The position numbers and the translations under genes are program-made. A stretch of DNA of 63,312 bases, counting the filler, from Choristocarpus tenellus KU-1152 (lineage: Eukaryota > Protista > Phaeophyceae): NCBI GenBank assembly GCA_964200185.2. It is 12 parts of 12 records of this genome, joined end to end, with 100 filler letters (N's around TTAATTAATTAA, not from the genome) between each part and the next. Parts side by side here need not be neighbours in the genome. Positions count along the whole stretch, not along the records: positions 1 to 8,999 come from CAXNAD020004099.1; positions 9,100 to 14,390 come from CAXNAD020011254.1; 10 more parts are not named here. The stretch is one strand, 5' to 3'. Shown piece after piece: positions 1 through 12,900 of this stretch (positions are counted from its first letter, which is position 1; each line of letters begins with the position of its first letter). A model generated the notes under the pieces. The model was not told the DNA's origin. It made no database searches and was given only the letters and a program-made list of their open reading frames with translations.

Positions 1-830
1 TGAAGGCGACGTCCGTGATGGCAAAGAACCAATGCTCATCGCCCAGTCCAGCTTTTACCAGTTGACTCCTTGCTGCCCCAATGAGTTGCTTTATCGCCCT
101 TTCGGCGATTCCGTTGCTTTGTGGTGTTTTCGGTGGAGATTTCCTCCATCGGGTACCGTTGTTCGCCAGCATCCTTTGGAACTTCACAGATCTCCCAAGC
201 TCGCCAGCACCATCCCCACTGATGCATTTGACTGGTATACCTTCCCTGGTCATCTGGTCGATATAAGCAGCGGTTGCGTCCGTCGCTGCGTTTTTTGTCT
301 TCAATCCATAAACCCTCTTGTCTCTGCTGCTCTCATCGACGAACACCTGAAAATATTGATGGCCAGTGATGTCTGCTTTAAAAGGTCCCGCCAAATCTGT
401 GTGGACAACCTCGCCGGGCTGCTTGGGGGTCCTGCCACCCCGTTGATAGCTTAGGGCCTCAGACTTGCATTCCTTGCAGGTCTCGCATTGCAGTTCTGAC
501 GCCACAGTAGCATCGGTGATCTCCAACAGTCCACGCTTCTCGAGGTGCTTGATAGCTGAAGGGTTGATGTGACCTAATATGTTATGCCAGTCCTTTAATG
601 TTAGCCTCTGCTTTTGGTTGGCTCGTGCAGCGCTGGCTCTCGATTCTTGTTCCATGTGAAGTCTGAAAGAAGGTCGAAATGGCTTGTAAGGCGGAGGAGA
701 AAGCGATCGTAACAAAGGTAGCTGTGGAGACTTTTCGATACCACCAAATCCTTTACTTAGAATAGCTTGCGAAGCAGGTGGAGGTAGCCATCGATGAGGA
801 TGACAGGGAAGAAGAGGAGGTGAGATTGAG
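1..830 (-). mobile_element. Ty1/Copia LTR retrotransposon pol fragment: zinc-binding region and integrase DDE core; open frame runs off the window edge
   Basis: Hand translation of the minus strand: LKDWHNILGHINP...CETCKECK (HHCC), EVVHTDLAGPF, ISGDGAGELG, PKTPQSNGIAERA, ARSQLVKAGLGDEHWFFAI. These are Copia integrase motifs. No stop from about 735 to 1. Confidence 0.92.
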
Positions 831-2570
831 ACTATGTGCACACCAATGGTTTGGTGTCTCCCACTTCTTGCAAGATGCTGTATATTTACTTTTTGTTCCT
901 GGAGTCAAGGGTTGGACGCATAAAGTTTATCAAGACTTTCTCCCCGCCTGCATTCATTCGAAAAATCAACACAATTTTCGATCGACTCAAGCCTGTCCTC
1001 CCTCGCCCTTGCGCGTTGATGATAAAATATCACCTGTCCAGGAAACACGGACATTGCCCATTTCCGGCGCTCAACAAGGAAATTTGATATGGAAGGCTTT
1101 AACTCTGCGAATCCTGTACGTATGTATGAACAACGGGAAAGACCGTCAAATGGTGCTCGAGATGGCAGCAGGATAAGCAACGGTCAGGCCAGAAACTGTG
1201 AGTAAATGGGGGAGAGACTTCCTAACTAAGGGCCACATCAAGGTATCGGAGCAAGGGCGCCATGAGAGGTGTTTCGTCCTGGGCCTCGACAAGGGCATCC
1301 TTGTCGAGGTCAAAGAGTGGTTGCTCGAACATACAAGAAGAAAGGGTGGGGAGACTTTTTCCCACCTAAACCCTATACTTTAATGAAGTAATAGTGAATC
1401 TGTTACCACTCTTGGTGACCTACAATCGGGGGTTCGAACCTCATTATGAGCGGTCTTTCTTCAAAAAAAGAAAAAAATGGCTAGAAAAGCAACAAAGTCT
1501 GTACTCTGGAGGGCATTGTGACGTGTATCACGAATCCGATTTCTACAAAGGTTATGATCCCAGAGGGCGAAGCTACTACTACCACTATACCGTGATCGTG
1601 ATACCACTCTTCTAAGTGCCCATTTCCAAATAAGTGATATAAAAAATGGAATATTATTTCGAGATTAGTTGGTGGCCTCAGAAACTATATGCTTCTGTTT
1701 AGAACATTGGTTCTCAGTTCTCACTTTTCGGGAAACATCAAAGTGAACTTTTCTCCTCCATATTATTCTGCCCTCTAACATTTTACAGATGTGTCAGAGG
1801 AAAAGTCAATTCAATATCGGAAGAACCCCTATAAAAATAACAGTTTTCTCGTCCTATAGTAATATACTCCATTGTTAACCCAAAGTGGTACCTTGCCCGT
1901 CACATTGTCAAATCCTTACAATGTAGGAATGAATCTTCAACAAAGGAGACCAAAGGTTCGACCTTTTCACTCAAGAAGGATACACATAGGTAGGTTGAAG
2001 TTAAGGCCCCCTTTGCACTCAACACCTCCCCACAACGTTCTAACTTCTCAGAATTTAACTCTTCAAGACAGCTTCATGGCCTTCCACACTAAACGATCGC
2101 AAGAACTCAAAATGTTATCTTACCGTGAAAGACGTAGGCGATTGGTGAGATATTTTGATAACTCCATTAGTTTTGGTTGATAGATAGATCATTGTGCCAA
2201 AGTGTCTTATTTCACTTTCTATCCTTTTTCAAAACGTTTTTTGCGAATTTTTGTTCAATTCATCACCTCTAATTTCAACAACCTTCTCCTATATGTGGTA
2301 TTTACTTCTGACAATGTAATCGGGAGAAAGCTGATGGCTTGAGGTTCAGGTTGGTGTAACACTTGATACCTATCTCTAAATATTCAACGTTGGATATTCG
2401 CATGAAAATAGGGGAGACCTTTAGCAAGTCCTGATGGTTCTACGATTTTTAAGGTTGCAGAAGGTCAGGAAGACCACACTTGGTTCTGAGAGAGACGGCG
2501 AGCACATTCAGAAACCTATCAAGGGTGATTTTCGGGACTCAAAAGCCCCAAGTAAGGAGTCTCTGTATGG

Positions 2571-2831
2571 GAGCCAAAGTATCTTAGAGGGTAGAGCCGC
2601 GTCCATTTGGGGGTCAAAATCCAAGGTCGCGATTTGGATGTAATGTTGGTTATCGTGTATGTTAGGAAGTGTCAATATATCTATGTTTCAGACACACCTT
2701 TTCACAACATACACATTTTACCTACTCCTAAATATTTTGGAGTAGGAAAATGTCATAGAAAACCCCATGGGAAGCCAAGCCCCAAATGGACAAACGGGGC
2801 AAAACTCATACCCTCTACGATACTTTCACTC
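2571..2831 (+). mobile_element. MITE family A (~260 bp), full copy
   Basis: TIRs GAGCCAAAGTATCTTAGAGGGTAGAG and CTCATACCCTCTACGATACTTTCACTC. Homologous copies at 22115-22154 (cut by linker), 57075-57348, 57813-58074 and 60291-60412. Confidence 0.88.
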
Positions 2832-5251
2832 ATCATGAGGAATAAGAAAAACAAGTCAAGAGGGCCGGCCGCAGAGGCAGTTGCAACAACGGGATACTTC
2901 AAAACAAGAGGGGGAGAGGGAGGCCAACCAAAGATGAGCGAAGGGTGTGCATGGCTACAGTGACAAGAAGACAGGACTTGAATGCTACCAGATTAATGTT
3001 CAAGAGGTTAGAGAAGCTGACGTTAAAGAGTAAATAGAGAAACTCAAGTTGATCAATGGAGAGGTGCTTTCAGAGGAGCAGGCACAAGTATTGATGATCC
3101 TGCACTACCAGTTTGTTTTCTACAACCTTTTGGGATGAACTGAGACGACGAATGCTGCCCGTCTATACCCAGGAGTGGGATTCAACAATGTTTTCCTCAT
3201 TGCGAAAACTTGGAGGGAGAAGGGGGAGATGGTATATAGCTCTGGGACTGGGCTGGGAGGGCGACTTTTGGAATGGACTCCAAAAAGAGGTGCAATGTCC
3301 TTATGCTAAAACTAGACAAGATGGAACTCTTCATCTTTACACAGCACCCATTTATTGGGAAATGTGGTCTACAATCGGGATTTGGTAACACCTGGGTAGG
3401 ACGTAGTTTTCGATGGAATTATCATTGAGAGGTCTGCTTGAACTAGGGATGAAATCGAGACCCCAACCTCTGATAGAGGAGAGGAAGCACGTATTCACAA
3501 GTACTGGTTGAATACTGGGGCCCTAAAGAAGGAAGTTGAAGGGACCACTGTCATTAGCTATACTCAGGCATTTCACAACCACAACAATATGAAGCACCAA
3601 AAGCATATCTAGGAGTCTGGCATATATCAGCATTGCATTTCTTATCGTGAATAGGGAAAACCATGTACAAATATGAAAACAAGGCTACCCCAAAATATAG
3701 AAAGCTCAACTGATTCAGCCTATGCATCCCGTATTTCGAGTCAAAGGTACTACTATAGGTTGACCGATACAGTAGGACATCAGCTTTCATTCCATACATT
3801 TCATGGGATGAATTGACTCGTAGGAGATTTTGCATCGGTTCAAATGCATTCAGATTACTCTTAGGATGTTCTCCGAATTGTGGCTAAAATGGCACATATC
3901 CATGGAGTTGGTACATTAAAACAATTTCACAATATCCAACTTACATACTTACCAATTCATTTTTGTAGTCATTCAACATGAAAAACTCCGCAAGATACTA
4001 TAAAATCTTGATTACTACCCTCCATTATACTGGAAAATATATTCTATCGTACCCCCCACAACATGTGACAGATGAAATCCAAACGATCTGTTGTATGGTT
4101 GCATTGTTATGATATCCCCCTTCGTCAATTACCAATTCACGGTGATGTGTAAGGGCATGGACAACACTCCATCTCTCATTCACAAATTTATCCTCAAACA
4201 TTCAGAAGATGATTCACCCCACTTCAGAAGGTATCTCTTGAAAAAATAGTTGCTACCACGCATAAAAAGTTAACGTTTCTGACATACCAACTACTTTTCT
4301 TTCTTAACTCGTCTACAATAGTTCCCGAAAAGGGTTTTTCAATCAGTCCCTTAATGCAAAAATCGAAAGGTGTGTGTATGTTCAAGTGGTTTGGGCACAA
4401 GCCATCTGGGAAACCGCAAAATGCGTCGATCGAGAGAGAGCTATTTTGGTACAGTTTACGGATTATATTCTATGGATGCCCATAATTGTGGTGTCTACTA
4501 CTTATTTGTAGCGCCAATAAACACGAAGCAAGTCTACACCAGTTCCTACCTCATTGTTCCTCATCATCATGCCGCTCTTTATATTCTAACCTCCACTATT
4601 TTTATTTTTTGGAAGAATTCGAACCCACGACACTCATGTAGGGAACAGCAAATAGATTTACAACTCGTCTCTATTTTGCCACGACTGGCAACTAACCACT
4701 AACACATTCCTGGTTTACCTCTCTTGTTCTCCTATGAAATGTTAACCCAACACTGAAATTTTCTCGCATCACCACAAGTTTACATTGGGCAGTTAGATGA
4801 CTGCTGGATCGTGCTCTTATTGACGATAGCTTGTCAATGGTATCTACACCCTCAACTCTTCCAAATGCAGGATGTCAGTACATACGTACACTCCCGAAAA
4901 ATGTCAGCCATTGATTCCCATAACAGAACAATGACATAAAAATTAACAGAGCATGCTCTCTGGGTGGCAATGGAGTGCCAAGTATGATTTGTTGGAACTG
5001 TCGAGTATTCACATTACTTATAGTTTCAAAATCGGTATACAGTCTATAGAAGGCCTGCATAAATCAGAAAAACGGTCTTTTGACAATTTAAAAAACGTAC
5101 ACAACCGACAGCAATTTTTAAAAACACCATGCAATCCTTAGATACAGGTCAGAAGATTAAGTGAAGGGGAGTGCAGTAGAGGTTGAGGGTAGGAGATGCA
5201 TGATCTCCTCAAAAGACTCAATATCCTCAGATAACGCTCTCCACCAAGCTT

Positions 5252-8234
5252 TTAAGGTCCTGCTTGGTAAGTGCCAGTGACAGGGACAGCTGGCTGTGAG
5301 TTTTGGCAATTGGCTTCCTCAGCCTCAGTGACCTTGAAGAATGACCATGTCACCTGAAAACGGAGAAAGATTGAATAAGGCGATTGAACTACTACTGACG
5401 TGACAATGTGTACATTTTAACAGTTCCGTTTTCTCTTGTATTGTGGACCCGATCCTACCACCAGCAACAACTGGCCACACAGTGGTAAAGAGAATCGAAT
5501 TGGATCGATTTGCTTTAGTACTGAGAATAATCAAATTGTAAACCTGCAAACATCAGGGTTAAGCTGTCCTTTTGACGATCTGCTGTCCCACACAACCAGT
5601 TACATTACTGTTTATTATCTTGTATCAGAGTTGAGAAGAGATTGAGACACCATCACCAGATGGGGCTCACCAAACCTTACGAAAAACAACTCAGAATACC
5701 AAATGACCCAACAGTTCTCTAGAACACACTGCAGAAAAACACCAATGGTAACATTCCGCGAAACTCCTTTTGGCCAAATACTTAACCCTAAATATCCCAA
5801 ATATCCCCTGCACCATTATTTGTGCGTACATTCAATATGGCTCCATATCTTATTCTCACAAATGGTCAAGCATAATCTTGAGAAGCAGTGCTTTTGAGAG
5901 TAGTCATGGAAGTGCACATTTTCAAAATTTCAAATTTAATCTGTAACCATTCCTTCAAAAAATGTCATTGGTACGAGCAGGAAGTTTTCCAACATACTCC
6001 CACAAAGCGCCTACTGCAACTGTATCCTGCATTCTTAAAAAGCAAAGATTCAGATTGCTACCTATTTGCGGGGATGAGGTTGGAGCAATCTTGTATTGCA
6101 AAACATTTCGTTTCTATAATATTCTACTGTTATTTCATCCGTAATATCTGAAAGAGAGAAAACCCTTTCATTCTATTTGGGTCATATGAAGGCAATTGGA
6201 GAAGATTGGAGGCAGATATCTTGGGGAAAAGGCTATGAAGGCAGTTACAAAACAATGGACAAGCAGACACTACACCATGCGAAGAATAGAAGCTATCCTC
6301 GCTCTATACACCCCCAATGGTCAGGTATAGGACTTCAAACTGTTTCAATGTGAAAAATAAAAAAATATATGTCAAGATTTGGATCGACTGCGTTGTCGGA
6401 TCTCAAACTCAAGTGGGTTATATATTATTTGCTTTGGACAGGTGAATTTGGTACATCATTCCGGAACCACAAAAAGAGAAGAGATTTCTCTAACAAAGCA
6501 GAAGTTGGTACCCCTAGGAAGATGCAGATGAGTACAAAAGTATTCTTGACCTGATCACATTGTTTTCCTGTGGTGGGGGGTAAAGAGCTATAGAAGGAAA
6601 ATATCTGCGGGTTTGAGGAGGGAACATCACATACCTTAACAAAGTACAGCCCGAAAAGAATACATATGAAAATGGAGAACAATGTGCCAAACACATAATC
6701 TGCCGAATCACAGTATGGCAGGAAGAGTACACTCATCAAAGCTGTCCCCACCATGGACGCAATGCTGGCATAGTAGAACCAATTGGCCCATTTAGGAGAC
6801 CGAGTGCACAGTGCAACAAATCCGATTATGCCGTACAATAGATCGATGGCACCTGTTTCGTTGTTGAAGGAGAGTAGGAATAGTGAAACAGTAAGGCAAA
6901 CGGCAGAATCATTGTAGGTTTATATGCCACCTCTCATTAGATGGTGGACCGGAATGCTAGGAAGCATCAACAACACATCTTTGAGCGGTGAAGCACCTCA
7001 AGGCAAATTTGAACCTATGGTGAGCCACAACAATCACAATGTGACGTTTCCCAAATAAATGCTTGAAACTAAAATAGTTACAAGTTATATGAAGCGAGCA
7101 ATCTCACTCTAGGATTAAAAATGAGTACAACCCTAACCAACATATATATCGCAGAAAGGGCCAAGCTCTTTGGCTGGTAGAACGAAAAAGAGAGCGAAAG
7201 TTGAGGACTGGAAGACAGGACTAGACCGCCACCTAAGTCACCCCAACTGTCCCTTATCATGAAAAAAAAGACTCACCAATTGCCATGGCAAGGTGGCCGA
7301 GGAAGCTCTCGGAGAAAACAAGCCCCAGCTCTGTTGAGGCTATGGCTTTGGTAATAATATCGCAAGTAGTCGTCTGGACTGTCAAGTCACTGCACTCGTT
7401 GTCCCACTGCTCTCAGAATGGGGAGAACATGAAGGGAATGTGAGCTGGATAAGAGGCTCGTAGATGATGATAGGAAGAAGAATAGTTCTTAAGTGTATTT
7501 GTTTTACTGATGAGCGACTCAGGGGCAAGCTAGAGTGGCACTTCTGTGTTTTTGTGATCTCACCCTGTGTTAGGGTATCACACACGGCATTTCCTGCACA
7601 TCCCTACGCCGGTGTCTAATTTGTAAATGTATAGTGCATCGTGTACACACAAATAGGTCGATAGTTGAATTCCCTCCTTACCTCTATCTGCAGCGCTTCG
7701 ATGGTTTCCTGGAGAGACTCAGTCGTACTGTTTGCTATCAGATCAAACAAGTTCGAAAGTCCATGAAGGGTCGAGATAACGGCCAAGAAGCCGATACCTG
7801 TGGAGAGGGGTTGATGAATGAGACTCACGAAGACCACGGGCCATAACCAATGCACAGAAAGCTGTAGTAGTCGCAATCTGGTCCTGCAAAGTTTATAGTC
7901 TAGAAGGCGACAGAGTATTTGCACCAGGCAAAATGATCTCCAACCCAACGAAACTTGGCATATTAGTGGGGCTAATCAATCTCACAACCTCGTGAGGATG
8001 GAATGATGCCCACAATGGACATATTAGCACGACTATTCAGCAAACGCATGAAATACACAGGTTCAATGTCGCTACCATGCTGATCCCTTGTTTCCACCAA
8101 ATAATCTCACCAAAACCTACAGAACAGCAGAAGCAGCAATTGTCGACAGGACCAGGTTGCCACCACCAACCCTTACGAAGTTCCCCCTGTCCATCTTCCG
8201 GTTTACCAACCAAAAGGTATTGCTGATCGGACAT
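5252..8234 (-). CDS. Complete 5-exon gene for a 229-aa, about four-TM membrane protein with an N-terminal CCFCC cluster; exons 8234-8111, 7797-7682, 7406-7277, 6852-6635, 5353-5252
   Basis: All four introns are GT-AG with matching phases; spliced length 690 nt from ATG to TAA. Protein: MSDQQ...PVDNCCFCCSVGF|GIGFLAVISTLHGL...LQIE|WDNECSDL...HLAMAI|GAIDLLYGIIGFVAL...GLYFVK|VTWSFFKV...TYQAGP*. Confidence 0.85.
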
Positions 8235-8897
8235 GATCAAAAGAGAACTTCTTCCCCGAATGTGCCCGAAACAAATATAAGGCCAACTCCCTTTCACTTG
8301 GGATATTGCGTGGTGATGTTCAGCTGATGCACCACGATACAAGTAGTATTGGTATTATGGGAGTACTATGTTCGAGACGATCAAAAGGGATAGCGTTGCA
8401 CCACAATAATATTAAGACTAGTAGTAATGTGGATTGAATGGTAAACAATCCAAAATTGAAAGAACAAGGAATGTTTAGGTTAATGAACAGAATCTACACC
8501 CCAACATCGTAAGAGGTTGTATTCTCTTCCATGCCCTTTCAACCTTTATATTATTATTCCCTTAATACACTCATAAGAAGATATCGCATCATATTGAAGT
8601 AGTACTACTACGGTAGATTCATGAATTATATTTTCGTTCCATCAACTTTTCAACTCTTACTCAACTCTTGGTGAAGATTCTAAGGGTCAAGCCTTCCAAA
8701 AAATTGAATCCAAGGAAATATAGAAGGATAACGTAGGTATTATAGTGTTCTTATGTTTAGGATATTTTATTTCTTTAGGGCTAATAACGACATGTATATA
8801 TATTTTATTATTATGCCCTCTGACATTTTGCAGATGCATATTGCAGATGTGTCAGGGGGGAAACCAATGAAAACAAAACTATATATATATATATGTG

Positions 8898-8999
8898 AAT
8901 CGTGTGATTCTGTGGCGTCGTGGTTCACTCAGGCAAGGGTGGCGAAGAGATTCACCGGGCAAGACGGACCAGATGAACAAGGACGAACCGTGACCGTGG
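8898..8999 (+). repeat. Dispersed repeat of unknown class, cut by linker; second copy at about 21546-21650
   Basis: AATCGTGTGATTCTGTGGCGTCGTGGTTCACTCAGGCAAGGGTG...GACGAACCGTGACCG aligns with AATCGTATGATGCTGTGGTGGCGTGGTTTATTCAGCAAAGGGTG...GACGAACCGTAACCG. Confidence 0.7.
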
Positions 9000-9099
9000 N
9001 NNNNNNNNNNNNNNNNNNNNNNNNNNNNNNNNNNNNNNNNNNNTTAATTAATTAANNNNNNNNNNNNNNNNNNNNNNNNNNNNNNNNNNNNNNNNNNNN
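9000..9099. other. Artificial 100-bp contig linker (N44-TTAATTAATTAA-N44); also at 14391, 22155, 26117, 29299, 38221, 44778, 48315, 53951, 56682 and 60424
   Basis: Identical structure occurs 11 times. TTAATTAATTAA puts stop codons in all six frames. A separate 10-N gap lies at 12853-12862. Confidence 0.98.
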
Positions 9100-9973
9100 G
9101 GGGGAGTGGGGGGATCATGTATCTTCCTCAGTACTTCCTATTTGTAGGCAACCAGTTTGCTTTGATGTTTGGGGGAAGAATGCAGTGCTTGTTTTTCAGC
9201 AGGTACACAGTTTATGTTATTATCTTTCAAAAAAGGCATTTGAGAGTACCCTTCCTGGAAGTGCTGTTCTTCCTCTTCTTATTCCCCTTTGACCCATGGG
9301 CTTGAAGACTCAAAGAGAGAGATCACTGGCTCATACATCTCTATTTTTCTCGAACATTTCCTATCATTTTAAGCTACTGTGGCTTCACACACACCTCTAC
9401 TACTGTGGAGGTGCAGTACTCCCAAATGTGAATGTTTTTCCCGATCAATTTATTTGTACCACACAGAAACCCTACCTTGAGTTCTGATGTGAACTTCAAA
9501 GTGCTGAGGTGTGTACTTTACATGTAGCAGATACGTATCACACTGCAAGTCCTTTGAGTGCAAGAATCCATCAAGTTGTTGAGGATAGGTGCACTTTAGG
9601 ACGATAGTGTTTGCATTTTGTTTGGGCTCAAGAGTATGATTCACTAGCGTATACAATGTGTAATATTTTACTCTTGGTCCCTTGGTGATTTGAGGCATTA
9701 TTTGTTGTGTGGACTTTCTTGACTGTCATTGCGTTTCACTCATGTTGAGTTGCCGTGGATAGCATTACACCAGGTTCTTTATATTTTTGCTGTCTGTATT
9801 GTGTCTGTCCCCACCTTCCCACTGCTGAGATGGCACTTAGGAAATATTTTAGTTCATCAGGGCATATTCAATAGCCATTATTTAGCTATTGATGTGGTGT
9901 GAAGTCCTTCCACTTTGCACACACCACATCTCGCACTCCAAACCATATTTTTTTTTGTTGCATTGTGGTACAG

Positions 9974-12900
9974 GTTGAAGCTCCTGTTGAACCTCTGGGA
10001 GAAGTGATGGTGGAGGGTGCAGACACTGTGCTGATGGGCACTATCCTCTCCCTGGTGATGCAAGACTCAACCATTGTGGTGAAGGGGGAAGTAGGATCCA
10101 AGCCATTGGATGAGGGTAGCGTTCTCTCCTCTATAAGACACGACAAGGTTTGTACAGGGCAATCGGTGACATGGAGCTTTTCCTAGTAGAAGTATGTTGC
10201 TTACCTTCAAGGATGTAGGGGAGAGCTAGCCATTATGCTTTCCACTACGAGAAGTGGGGTGACAATGTGTGAGGATTGTTACTTTGGGCCTTGGGTTTGT
10301 AGCTCCAGGGCAGGCGGATAAGTAGTACGAGTTGCATATTTTTTCTTGTTTTGCGTTGGTGAAACCAAGGGTGGGGTGGTTGGGTCCTCAGCATTCCGGT
10401 GGGTTCGTTTTGCTCTTTGGGTGGGATGTTGTAGATATGAAACGTATCAATGCCGTCCTGGGGTGGATTCTTTGATGAGGCAACAGTCTCATAAGTCTAT
10501 ACATGCCCTGTATGTACTTGAGTGAACTACAACACCATTGCGAGGTAGTTACAATTTTCATTGTAGAATAAAGAGTTGAAACCATCCTAGGTTCCATGCC
10601 TTAAGTCCAAATTCATTTGGGGGGGGGGGGAGGAGAGAGGATGGTTTTGTAGGATTAATCCAATTGATGTCTCTCTGTTGTCTACCGATTCTAAGGCCAT
10701 GTGTCCCTCCCAAGAAGTGCCAATGTGATATTTGGAAATGGATTAATCTCTGGATCTGGTAGGTTGTCGATTTCGTCTCTTATCACAATACCACCTGAAC
10801 ACGTAAGTCTGTTAATGCACTGGTCTCAATCTTCCCCACTTCCCGTACCTCCCTGGTGATGTGTGGATTACCAATTGATGGAATCTTTGGGATGAATATG
10901 CCCATTCCACACAAAGGATCCTCCGTTGTTGTGGCCCCTGGGCCGTGTCCATGAGGTCTTTGGCCCTGTAGTCATGCCCCACTACATCATCAAGGTTCCT
11001 GTTGGTGACAGGAAGACAAGATCCAAACAGGTTACAGAGGCGAAATTTGGTGAGGAATCTGTTGCTACTGCAGAGGTGCAGATGGAGGCAAATAGTGGTC
11101 AGGGATCTGCTACTACTGCAGAGGTGCATGAGGATGATGAAGCACAGCAGGAGGCTATGGAAGAGGCAGAAGTTGGTATTGAAAACCTACTGAATCGCTG
11201 GAAGGTGGGGTTTCTTGTGCGCTTTCATGAAAGTATTTTTTTCTTTTGAAGACAACACGTTGTCGGTCAGTTCGTTTTTTTGCTTGACTTGAGATATCAC
11301 CTTTGAAGATGGGGACTTGATTGGCTACCACTATGTACATACAGATTCTAGCCTTGAGAGGTGGGGTGTGAATAGGAATGCAGTTTTGTGGGCAGTACAA
11401 CACAACTGTTACAAATATTGCTGACGGTGTAGGTTGGACTTTCGACAACACACCATCAGCAACAAAGGGTATACTGCCACCACTATTATTATTCCTATTT
11501 GTGGTATCTTTACTGTAGTCTGGGGAAGGTTCTGACCGATGATGAGTCACTGGTGCTGCGCTCCGTGCTAGTACTATTTGTTCTGCATGGGTAGGGTTCA
11601 GCCATCCCACTGCTTGTCACCCTGCCTTCTCCCTCAAATGTTGTGCTGGACTTTCCTCAGCATCACTCGGCAATGAAACCCTTGCCATCTCATTCTTGAT
11701 CAGGCGTTTTTTGTGGCAGGGTGAAAGATGGGATATTGCAGGGGTACAATCAATCCACAGTTCTTGCCACATGCACGACCTTTGGATTATCGAAACCAGA
11801 CGTCCGTGAAAAAATGCATGATGGCGATTGGGTTTGAACCCCTGAAGTTCATACATAGAACGGCCCCTATTAAGGACAAAGTCGTGAATACTATATACTT
11901 ACCCAACCTCCCCACTCTTAGTTGACGACTGGTATCAATCTGGAGTCCCATTTGTATCTCTGCTTGATAGTTGGAGTTATGGGAAGTGACGATTTCCTTT
12001 GTTTCAGAGGTCTAAGTTCATGTCCTTTTTGCTTTGTGTTGTGCTTGATGGGGTGCTCTGACTTTATCGCCGATTGAATGAATACTGATTGGGGGCATGC
12101 AGCACTGTATTTGATGAGGAAGTGTTTCGAGCACGCCCTCTTGCACCGTGCGTCTGATCGCAGTTGTTTTATGTAGCCATCTGGATGTTTAAGCTGTCCT
12201 CAGGCTACTTTACTAGTAACATGTTATTTGAGAAAGGTTATCACGGTTCTAACTTTTGTCTGTTTTGTTTGTATCCCCCCTTCAACGTGATCTTTTGGTG
12301 GTAGAATGATATCATTGCAAGAGTATGCTTTGCAGAGAGCACAGATGCAACATCCTTGGAATCGTGTGAACCATCGCTTTTGTGTTTGTGTGTTCAGCAG
12401 CTGTCTACAAGGCTCAAGCATTTTTGCCATCAACCCCCAAACAGATTTCCACAACCCCCATAACCACCCCCTTCCCTTCCCCGCTGCTATATATTCACCT
12501 TCAGCATCACTCCCAAACCATAAGGGCCTCATTGTTTGTTTAGGAGAACAGTAGTTGATTTATCCCCAACTGTAATCATTGACTTCTGGTGTGAACCCTT
12601 GACCGATTCTCGCCTTCCAAGGTGGGGGAAAAGGTGTATGTTTTGGCCGGGCATGCGAAGTACGTGACTGCAACCCAGTTGGCTTCTGGGGCAAAGGGAA
12701 GTGATGCATCAAACTATTTCGATGAAGAATGTGCACCAGAAGAATTAGATTACTCTGATGATGAGCAGGTACCCTTTTCTTCCTCCCCCCCACTCCCCCC
12801 CCCCCCCCCCCTCCCCCACCTCTCCTCCCCCCCCCCCCCCTCTACCTCCCCTNNNNNNNNNNAAACCGAACTCGATACACAGGATGCCTACTAAAAACTA

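Noticed and set aside
32-454. 140-aa plus-strand ORF
   Set aside because: Antisense shadow of the Copia integrase.
1418-1565. tRNA T-loop-like GGTTCGAACC and PBS-like GGTTATGATCCCAG
   Set aside because: No cloverleaf can be built, and the PBS-like word is on the wrong strand for the minus-strand Copia fragment.
3000-4700. Possible decayed transposase or viral coding relics (also 29750-30560)
   Set aside because: All frames are broken and I could not match any motif convincingly.
6425-6634. ORF-track continuation of the membrane protein (VCDVP...VQSK)
   Set aside because: A strong donor AAG|GTATGT at 6635/6634 and a better terminal exon at 5353-5252 indicate this stretch is intron.
9044-9055. 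TTAATTAATTAA recurring 11 times, CRISPR-like or regulatory in appearance; LIN peptides at ORF ends
   Set aside because: Always centred in N-runs; it is a synthetic six-frame stop linker.
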